From Octopus vulgaris (taxonomy: Eukaryota): a DNA stretch of 64,000 bases. Below, piece by piece: positions 26,029-35,558 of this stretch. Where the stretch lies: NCBI GenBank assembly GCA_951406725.2, contig OX597823.1, forward strand, positions 98,890,001-98,954,000. Reading direction: 5' to 3'. Below the pieces are notes generated by a model that saw only the letters and a list, made by a program, of their open reading frames with translations, did not search any database and had not been told where the DNA came from. Numbering within the stretch: the stretch's first letter is position 1; every line of letters starts with the position of its first letter. The translations under genes and the position numbers were made by a program.

Positions 26029-26776
26029 CCATCATCATCATCATCATCGTTTAACGTCCACTTTCCATGCTAGCATGGGTTGGACGATTTTGACTGAGGG
26101 CTGGCGAGCCAAATGGCTGCACCAGGCTTCAATCTTGATCTGGCAGAGTTTCTACAGCTGGATGCCCTTCCTAACACCAACCACTCTGAGACTGTAGTGG
26201 GTGCTTTTTACGTGCCACTGGCACAGGGGCAATTACCTCACTCATAGGGCAATTACCTCACTCAAATCTTTTTACACATGCCGTGAAGCGACGTTGGTAA
26301 CGATCACGCTCAAATGGTGCCCTTTTACATGCCACGGGTACAGAAGCCAGTTGGCTGCTCTGGCAATGATCACGCTCGGATGTTGCTCTTAGCACCCTAC
26401 TAGCACAGGCATAAGTGCCAGTAAGGCGATGCTGGTAACGATCGTACTCAAATAGCCGCTCTGTCAACAATCAAGCTCGTATGGTGTTCTTTGCACCCCG
26501 CTAGCACGGATGCCAGTCATCGAATTGATTTAGGTTTTCATTTCATTTCCCTCAACAGGTCTTCACAAGCAGAGTTTAGTGACCAAAGAAGGAAAAGGTA
26601 CGCATAAGCGGGCTGGTTACGCTCCTGGCATAGGCCACAGGTTATGGTCCCATTTGGCTTGCCAGGTCTTCTCGAGCACAGCATATTTCCAAAGGTCTCG
26701 GTCGATAGTTATTTCCTTGGTGAGGCCTAATGTTCGAAGGTCGTGCTTCACCACTTCATCCCAGGTCTTCCAGGGT
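26029..26776 (-). mobile_element. RTE LINE 3' fragment (ORF end plus tandem-repeat UTR)
   Basis: Reverse complement of KTWDEVVKHDLRTLGL followed by the family UTR and (gat)n. Confidence 0.85.
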
Positions 26777-26848
26777 CTATTTGTTGAATTATATCAAAGG
26801 AATGCCGACGAGTGCTACTGGAAAGGCTCCCTTGCCAACGAGTATTGA

Positions 26849-27543
26849 GGATCTTTTCCTTTTGAATGGCAGTTTTCAACACAATTTCTAGTTAACAAAA
26901 CACTTTTAAACTTCGTATACTGGTAGAATGTGTCAAAATAAAACATTTTTTCTCTTGGCTTTCTTGAGAAAATTGTAATTTGTAAGTTTAACGTAGTTTA
27001 ATTTTTCGAATTTTAACCAATCGATTACCTCTAAAACTGAGACAACATCTTATCACTAACCCTAACCCTAACCCTAAATTTTAGACTTTCGTTGTTTTTT
27101 TTCTTAATTGTTAAATTAATTTAATTGTTACGCGTGTGTCAAAAATTATTCGTTTTGTTTTTGTTTTGAGATACACGTGTATTGTTTAAACTAATTTCCA
27201 TTGCTTAAGAAAAAAAACGGAAGGCTAAAACGAAAACAATGGAAAATAATTTAAACAATTAACAAACAAAATAATTCTATAATTTTATACATACGCTTTC
27301 CGTACGTAAACATAACAGAGACAGGATGTTGTCTCAGTTTTAGACGCAGCAAATGATTTTAGCTCAATAGAGGCTATTGATTGGTTAAAATTCGAAAAAT
27401 TAAACTACGTTAAGCTTACAAATTACAATTTTCTCAAGAAAGCCAAGAGAAAAAAATGACACATTCTACCAGTATACGAAGTTTAAAAGTGTTTAGTTAA
27501 CTAGAAATTGTGTTGAAAACTGCCGTTCAAAAGGAAAAGATCC
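26849..27543. mobile_element. Foldback/MITE with long TIRs (MULE- or Merlin-like)
   Basis: GGATC...GATCC termini, near-perfect inverted arms of about 185-200 bp, 8-bp TSD AGTATTGA at 26841-26848 and 27544-27551. Confidence 0.9.
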
Positions 27544-27799
27544 AGTATTGACCCTCAAGTAAAGATTTGCCAAAAAATTTTCCGTGAAATTAGTGGGGGT
27601 GAGAGAATTTCCGAGGGTTTCACCCCACATACCCACCCGTTTTCCAGACAAAAAAAAAAGTGTTTTGTGACATATCAGGAACTCACCGGGTTAATGTTTA
27701 CATCTTGACCCGGGAATGAAAATTCGAAAAATATACTAGAATGGGTGTAAAACAATGTTTAGGAAACAAATTTGAAAAAAAAATGCGCGCAAAGCAACG

Positions 27800-28170
27800 G
27801 GAGGGTGGCGAGAGGACCACGGAAAATTCACAAGATCAGAGCTTTTCCCTCGTAACTTTTAGGAAAATGGGTTTTTTTTTTCAATGAAACTTTATAGAAA
27901 TACCTTTCAAACGGCATATAATTACGATTATAAAGTAATTTGCGGGGAAAATCTTTTCCAAGGGGGTAAGGAGAGGACTTCGGAAAATTCACAAAAGCCG
28001 AGTTTTTACCTCATAACTTTTAGGAAAATGGAGGTTTTTTTCAATGAAATTTTGTATAAATACGTTTGAAACGGCAAACACTAAGACTATAAAGTAATTT
28101 GTGGGGGAAATCTTGAGGTAGGGAGAGGACTTTCGGAAAATTCCCAAGATCCGAATTTTTCCTCGTTATA
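27800..28170. repeat. Tandem repeat of about 155-160 bp, roughly 2.3 copies
   Basis: ggaaaattc recurs at 27821, 27982 and 28135 with shared taacttttaggaaaatgg and tataaagtaatttg blocks. Confidence 0.7.
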
Positions 28171-28209
28171 TTCCGAGATCATATTTAACTTTCAACAGAT
28201 ACCCTAGCG

Positions 28210-29394
28210 CAGGGGTGGGCAAACTACGGCCCGCCATAGGTTTTCATGCGGCCCGCCGAGAGCTTTATGAATCCCAATTCCAAAATCTAAAAAAATTTGC
28301 AAGAAAGATGTTTGTGTTGTTTGCATCAACTTACATATGTGAGTGGAGGCGCAATGGCCCAGTGGTTAGGGCAGCGGACTTGCGGTCGTAAGATCGCGGT
28401 TTCGATTCCCAGACCGGGCGTTGTGAGTGTTTATTGAGCGAAAACACCTAAAGCTCCACGAGGCTCCGGCAGGGATGGTGGTGATCCCTGCTGTACTCTT
28501 TCACCACAACTTTCTCTCACTCTTACTTCCTGTTTCTGTTGTACCTGTATTTCAAAAGGGCCGGCCTTGTCACTCTCTGTGTCATGCTGAATATCCCCGA
28601 GAACTACGTTAAGGGTACACGTGTCTGTGGAGTGCTCAGCCACTTACACGTTAATTTCACAAGCAGGCTGTTCCGTTGATCGGATCAACTGGAACCCTCG
28701 TCGTCGTAACCGACGGAGTGCTTCCACATATGTGAGCAGACTTTCTCCATCATGAAAATTAACAAGGGGAAGAATCTATCACTTCTCACAGACTCAAATC
28801 TTCAGTCAGTGTTAAGAATCAGCACAAGCAACTTGACACCTAATTTTGACAAACTGGTAAATGACAGTAGACAGCTGCATCATTCTCATTGACATTGTTA
28901 TTTACAGAGCCGCTTTGTTTTTCAAATAAATGTTTCAGGTGACGTTTCTAATTTCAGATATCAATTCATATTAATAAACTGTTATTTCTCTTTAAAATCT
29001 TTTATTTTGGGTATCCTAGAATTTAAGTATAATATTCATCATGGTTGTCCATAATATTAAAAGGTGGTTGTCCACAATTAGTGCAGATTTTACTAGGAAA
29101 ATTCCGTTCCTGGCAATTTGTAAGCAATAACAGGCTGTCCAAAATAACCGAGGTTCCTGTAATAATTTCAACTATAGGAGCAAATAACCGAAAAACATGA
29201 ACCCGATACTCTAAAAAATAAATTAAATCACTTAAACCAGGAATATTTCACAAAATTTCCTTTCAATCGATTGTGTGTTTATAGGTCTATAACCGCCTTT
29301 AAAAATATTTTCACTTGATTTTTATAAATGAGGCCCGCCAAGGTTCCAAAGACGCACTGTGCGGCCCGCGATCAAAAAAGTTCGCCCACCCCTG
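28210..29394 (+). mobile_element. Non-autonomous hAT (Charlie/SPIN type) transposon
   Basis: TIRs CAGGGGTGGGC..., perfect 8-bp TSD CCCTAGCG, transposase C-terminus FASTYICEQTFSIMKINK...LTPNFDKLV..QLHHSH*. Confidence 0.92.
28344..28725 (+). mobile_element. Full-length tRNA-derived SINE inside the hAT element
   Basis: A box TGGCCCAGTGG, B box GGTTTCGATTCCC, 11-bp TSD ACATATGTGAG at 28333-28343 and 28726-28736. Confidence 0.9.
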
Positions 29395-29574
29395 CCCTAG
29401 CGTAACACTACGTAGTGGTTATTTCTACCCACATTTAATAATGTTTAGTGTTTTGCCTTCAATTTTGTTTCATTTTCAATTATTTTTACGCTTTTGTAAC
29501 CCTTCATCGTTATTGTCATTGACTCGTTATTACTTTCCATGTATATATATATATATATATATACCGGAGTAAAC

Positions 29575-29754
29575 ACATAAATGTGAAACAAGGTGGAAAA
29601 AAGAGTACTCAAATACCAGAGGTAGAGTAATATACTTTATTTAAAAGCAGCAGAAATGTAACAAAAGCTGTTACTCGGAGTTTCACGTTCCCGTTCGTCA
29701 GACGTGAAACTCTGAGTAACAGCTTTTGTTATATTTCTGCTGCTTTTAAATAAA

Positions 29755-29760
<6 letters not shown>
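29575..29760. mobile_element. Penelope-like pseudo-LTR remnant with an inverted copy and hammerhead core
   Basis: Inverted arms of about 59 bp (29630-29760); minus strand reads CTGACGA-acg.ggaa.cgt-GAAA-ctccgag-TA. Confidence 0.6.
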
Positions 29761-29805
<45 letters not shown>

Positions 29806-30143
29806 TACATATATTGTTGGGGTGAGTTGGTAAAACTTTACCCAGCCATGTTATCGTGGTAAAAAAAAATGTTACCGTCTAGTATTGTTACCACTTATAT
29901 CTTGTTTAGAGATTTTAGAAGTGGCTGCGTTCCTCATTTGTAATTTAATTTTTTTAATAAAAAAAAAAGAAAGCAACAAAGAAAATTATAGATAAAACAG
30001 TAAGAAAAATATATAGAAAAAATCGCCAGCGTGTCCTGTGATATTTTGAGAAATAAATGAGATAAAGCAGCAACTGTAGATCTTCTGAATATTCACAGAC
30101 GAAAACCAAATACTTTACAAAAGATATTGATTAAATACCTAAC

Positions 30144-30251
30144 CTTATTGTTGATAATTTTCCTTCTTTTCGCTATATATGACTGTCGAGTAATGGTTCT
30201 GAGCGGTTCCTGTATGTTTAATTTCCTTTTTAAGTTACCGCCCGACGCCAT
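30144..30251 (-). CDS. ADP-ribosylglycohydrolase (ARH/DraG family) gene, exon 1 (MASGGNLKRKLNIQEPLRTITRQSYIAKRRKIINNK)
   Basis: ATG at 30251 with an in-frame TGA three codons upstream; 108 nt ending at a GTTAGG donor; phase 0 matches exon 2. No family motif in this exon, so the link rests on phase and position. Confidence 0.7.
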
Positions 30252-30686
30252 GATTCGTCAGGTAGATTATATTAAACGACAGGTATGCCTTCAATGACCT
30301 CAATTTTACGGAAGATGAACTTCACATTCCGTACCTATCACCTGTTACTCCTTCATTGGAGGAAAAAAAAATACACATATGTACACCTCAATGATTTATT
30401 TCCCGTCTTAGATCTGTTTACGAACAGCACTAACGGCTGGTGAATGGAAGGAAAACAATTAAACCTAAATGTTTAATTTTATTTGAATTTAATTATGATA
30501 CATTTTGATTTATTTTAACTTTTAACTTAACCAAGATAAACGAATGTTCTTCCTAAAACTGGAAAAGTAATCTTGTGTTATGAAAACGAATAGATTACTT
30601 CGTCAGAATGAATTTCTAGGTTGATATGAGCATATGACTATCAATATTTTTATCTTATGTAACAAAGGCTTACGTAAAACCTATAC

Positions 30687-30737
<51 letters not shown>

Positions 30738-32104
30738 ATATATATGAGTGTGTGTGTGTGTATATATATATACGTGTGTGTATGTGTATATATATACATA
30801 TACATATACATTATATATATACATATACATATACATATATATATATATATATATATAGGTTTTACATATATAATAGGACGATCTCGGTGTAAAACGTACT
30901 AAATTAAAAGGGAAGTACATTTATTTTTATTTTTTTACTTTTTTGCCTACATCATTTTATATTTCCCTGTTTTCCTTTTATCTCTTTTCTTGCTGGTTGT
31001 TTATATTTTAAGAGAGATAATGATTTGGTAATTGTTCAGTTTTGGCTGATTAAAAAAGTAAACAAAAATTAAGGGGGAGATAAGTCAGCTTATTTTTCCC
31101 ACTATTTTTTACACAACATAAAAATGCAGGGGTCAATGTAATCAACTTAGCCTCTCCTCCAGAATTGCTGGCCCTATGCCAAAATTTGAAACCAATATTT
31201 CATTTATTCTTCCAGGTGTTAAGCTGACAGAGCAGTTAGCATACTGGGCAAAATGTTTCAAGGCATTTCATTTACCCTTATGTTTGAGTTCAAATTCTAC
31301 CAAGATCAACTTTGCTTTTCATCCTTTTCGGGGATGATAAAATAAGTACTAGTTGAACACGGGTTGATGCAATCAAATTACCCACTCCTCCTCCTCCTCA
31401 AAATAACTAAAACCAGTACCAACCATTACAAAACATATTTCATGATAGATTATTTTAGCATTTTCTACTCTGTCTTATTTTTGTTACACACACACAGTTG
31501 AAAGAGAATCAATTAAGATCAGGGCATCTTAAAGTGAAACACACCACATTAAGGGTAAACCAGTCCAGTTTATGAAGGAGGTATTGATATAGGGAGGTCC
31601 ACTAGTAATCTACAACTCCAGAAGTATTCAAAGTTGAAGAGAACTTCAGCATGGTGTAAAATAACAAAAAAAAAAAAAAAGAATAGATTAAACCAAATTG
31701 CTATGATAATCTCTTTAAGAGATTTTATTGCATTGTAACATCGAACAGGTTGGTACATGAAGTGCAACACCCATAAGGTATACAAAAAACACAACAGAGA
31801 ACCTCTCAAATCACCTGGCTGCACCATGGTTCATAGAAATAAATATTGGCAAGCTTCTCAAACTTCTTTCAGTTTCCATCTACCAAATCTAGTCATTAGA
31901 CTTTGGTGAGTCTGAAGGTAAGATGGCAGGCACTTGCCAAAGGTACATACCTGCACCTACTGAAGACATTTTTTTCTTAATTTACTGGAACTCATTTTAT
32001 CAAATCTTTTACTATAAAAGGGAGAGAAATAAAGTTGTTAACACTAAAGAAATTTGTACATTATTTACATTCGATGGATATTTGTCCTCATCTTGTTTGT
32101 TGTT

Positions 32105-32150
32105 AACACAATGTTTCAGCTGATATACCCTCTAGCCTTCATCAGGTGTC
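32105..32150 (-). ncRNA. Minimal type I hammerhead ribozyme motif (Penelope-associated), one stem III substitution
   Basis: gacac-CTGATGA-aggct...agct-GAAA-catt-gtgtt; stem I GACAC/GTGTT. Confidence 0.6.
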
Positions 32151-32700
32151 TTGGGGAAATTTCGAAACTGGGTTCTCATTCCAAAGGTATTTTTTGATGT
32201 TATTATTATTAGCCTGCACTCTTAACCACTACGCCATATGCCTGTGGGCACATGCCATAGTGTTTTTAATGGACCAGAAATTCGCACACTAATTTGTGAT
32301 GAGCTTTTTCAAGAAAAATTAAGCTCGATGGAGTAAACTGCTTGGGAAAAATTTGTTTCACTTGTAAAAAATTTTTGAGGAAATGGAAAATCATCCAACT
32401 ACATTGCAATTGAGAAAATTATTTTTTGAAAGCGTATAAGCAACTTGGGGCAAGAATGTCTCTAAAATTAATTTCCTCTACTCTCATCTTGACTTTTTTC
32501 CCACTCAACATGGGTGATGTAACCGATGAGCTTGATGAACGATTCCATCAAGAAATCAAAGAGCTAGAAAGCTGCTACAGTGGCAGACTTACACCAAACA
32601 TGCTGACGGACTACTGCTGGTTTCTAAAACGAGAAACAAACATGCAACATAAGCGTAAAAGAAGATGCCAAAGCTATTTTTGAAAAACATAAAATTAATA

Positions 32701-33189
32701 TTGTTGTATTTCGGAATGGTCATTTTGCCAGTTTAGCCAATAAAAACACACACACTATATATTTGGTGTTATTTTGATTCAGTGTTATTTATTTTTTACA
32801 TTAATCTTAATCTTATTTCGGCCAGAGTTCTTTCATCTCACTCTTGTGACCGCATCAGTGGTCCTTTGTTTTCTTCTTTCTTATTTGTGTGTCTAACCGT
32901 CACCCATTTTGTATTTCTATTGTATGTGTCTTCATTTGCGCATGCATATATCTCTATGTGCGTCTATGTTTAGTTAGTGTGTATGTGTGTGTGGGGGGGG
33001 GGAGAATGCCTGTAATATTTGTATCTTCTGTTTATATACGTTCGTGTAATTTGTTTTTGTTTATTCTTTTTTTTCTTTTTTTTTATTTTGTTCATGTTTA
33101 CATCCACTTATTATTATTATTATTATGATTATTATTATCATTATTATTATTATTACATATGCTTGTATGTATGTATAACAACAATACTA

Positions 33190-33237
<48 letters not shown>

Positions 33238-33946
33238 TATTTTTTTTTATTTTTTAATTTAAAAATGTTTTTTAAATCTTTTAAATTTAAAAAAAAGCAA
33301 AAAAAAACCTATATTGTTATTTATTTCTATTTGTTTATTTATCTGTGTATTTTATTTATTATGTTTTCGGTTTTGTTTATATTGTAACCAGTTTATGGGG
33401 GTCCTCTTCTGTCATATGTTGTGGTGTGTGCTAGTGTTCCATTCCATTCCTATTCAGGCTAGGTTTATCTTCTATTATGTGTGTAGCTTCAGTAATTTGT
33501 CTGATTGTTGCATCTGTTCTATGTGTGGACACGATTTTAACCTCTATGTTGTTGATTGATCCTCCATGTTCCTGCTCGGTGTGTTAGTACAGAATCGATG
33601 AGCTCTTTCCTTCCTTAAGTTCTCTCCAATGTTCATTTACACATACAATAGAAATACAAATACAAAATGGCTGACGGTTAGTAAGGAGAGACACAAATAA
33701 GAAAGAAGAAAGCAAAGGACCACTGATGCGGTCACAGGAGTGTGACGAAAGAACTCTGGCCGAAATAAGATTAAGATTAATGTAAAAAATAAATAACACT
33801 GAAGCAAAGTAACACCAAATATATAGTGTGTGTGTTTTTATTGGCTAGACTGGCAAAATGACCATTCCGAAATACAACAATGTCTGTTTCAATACATGAC
33901 TTCACATAAACAATCTTGCACAACAAATATATAAATATAAATGTAA
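32701..33946 (-). mobile_element. Penelope-like element 3' fragment with inverted pseudo-LTRs
   Basis: Inverted copies at 32701-32929 and 33640-33881 flank a GIY-YIG C-terminal remnant (EHWREL..SS.L..H....HG...RQITEA.HI...KPSLN). Confidence 0.75.
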
Positions 33947-33948
33947 TA

Positions 33949-35216
33949 CGAGGGGCGTTCAATAAGTAATGCCCCTGACCCACTTGCAATTGTTTGATCT
34001 AGCTGAGATTTTGCATGTGCACTTGTTTATACCTCTATAGATTAAGTGGCGAATTACAGCTCTGAACTAATTGTGGTTTCTGATTTACAGGTGTTTGAAG
34101 TGAGTCAAGTGTGAAATGGAGCATGTTGAGTGTCGAGCAGTGATCTGGTTTTTGTATTTGAAAGGACGCACACCACGGGAGACTTTTGATGAAATGAAAG
34201 TAACTTATGGTGATGATGCCCCATCATATGACGTTGTAAAACGCTGGCATTGTGAATTCAATCATAGTCGGAACTCTGTGGAAACAGCTCTCAGATCTGG
34301 TCGCCCCCTTCTGCCGTTGATGAGACGTTTGTCCATCAAGTTGAGGCTGCCATTTTGGAAGGTCAACGCATAACTATTCGCCAAATAGCCCATAAGGTCA
34401 AGATTAGTACCGGGTCTGTGGAAACTATCATTCATGACCATTTGCATATGCAAAAGGTGTCTGCCAGATGGATTTCCAGGTTGCTCACACCTTTCCAGAA
34501 GCAAGAACGCGTTGAGTGCTCAAGGATGAATTTGGAGATGTGCCAAGAAGATGAGTCAAAATTTTTCAAAAGACTGATCACACAGGATAAAACCTGGGTC
34601 CATCACTATGATCCATAGACCAAAGCCCAGTCAATGCAGTGAAAGCACCGTGACTCACCTCCTCCAAAGAAGGCAAGGGTGCAGCCCTCCACTGACAAGG
34701 TTATGCTCATAGTCTTCTGGGACCAGACGGAGTAGTGATGACAGATTTCCTGGCAAAGGGTACCACAATTACAGGAGCCTATTATGCTTCACTTTTGAGG
34801 AAATTAAGAGAAGCTATCAAAATCAAGAGGCGGGGCAAGATCAGCAAAGGCATCCTCCTCCTGCAGGACAACGCTCCGGTCCACAACTCGCGTGTTGCCA
34901 GATCAGAAGCACAGGCGTGCAGCTATGAACTCCTCCCCTTGCACCCTCTGATTTTCACCTCTTCCCAGCCATGAAGTTGATTTTGAAAGGAAAGCATTTC
35001 CCAGATGATGCAGCCTTGATTTCTGAAGTCACGTCGTGGTTGAAGGACACAGCTGGGGTCTTCTACAAAAACGGTTTCCAGAGCTGTATCAAACGATGGG
35101 AGAAATGCATAACTCTGGGTAGTTCCTATGTAGGAAAAGACTAATAACTGTGCCAAGTGTCGTTGCTCTACTGCTATGGGAAGTGGGTCTGGGGCATACT
35201 TGTTGAACGCGCCTCG
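33949..35216 (+). mobile_element. Full-length but inactive mariner (irritans-like) transposon
   Basis: TA-flanked TIRs CGAGGGGCGTTCAA; WISR, ITQDKTWVHHYDP, LLQDNAPVH, LAPSDFHLF; stops, frameshifts and loss of YSPD. Confidence 0.93.
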
Positions 35217-35524
35217 TAAAATTAATAATATTCACTTAACACTTTTGTTTGGTGCTTTATTGGTTTTAGAGCTACTTGTCCACATATTGGCTATTGTTCT
35301 TATACCAAATAACGGTAATTTACACTTAACATAACATTCCTTTTTTTATCGTGAATTTTCACATGATTGTAATTATGATAGAAGTATAATAATGATGGCG
35401 CAAAAATGTGACGTGCTAGAGCAAAAATGATTGCACATTCAGAATCACTGCTCTCAAATTACCTATAAGTGCCATTTCGTCTAATAGTAGCAAAAATTGC
35501 ATTGCTGAGTGTTATCATTGTGTA

Positions 35525-35558
<34 letters not shown>

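Larger units (their letters stand above)
32265..35512 (+). mobile_element. Chapaev3/CMC-type transposon 3' part, split by Penelope-like and mariner inserts
   Basis: NGPEIR...AWEKF...MSLK...SHLDFFP.NMGDV.DE..ERFHQEIK..E..Y.G....ML.DYCW.LKRE; ends in GTG followed by TTA. Confidence 0.7.

Noticed and set aside
28344-28420. Possible tRNA gene
   Set aside because: No proper acceptor stem; it is the head of a TSD-flanked SINE.
6264-30251. Selenoprotein J identity for the ARH gene
   Set aside because: No in-frame TGA in any exon and no SECIS recognised.
31498-31555. Possible plus-strand exon of a divergent transcript
   Set aside because: AG/GT boundaries only, with no partner exons or homology.
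34116-35145. Host SETMAR-like gene
   Set aside because: Bounded by TIRs and TA, broken by stops and frameshifts, and lacks a SET domain.
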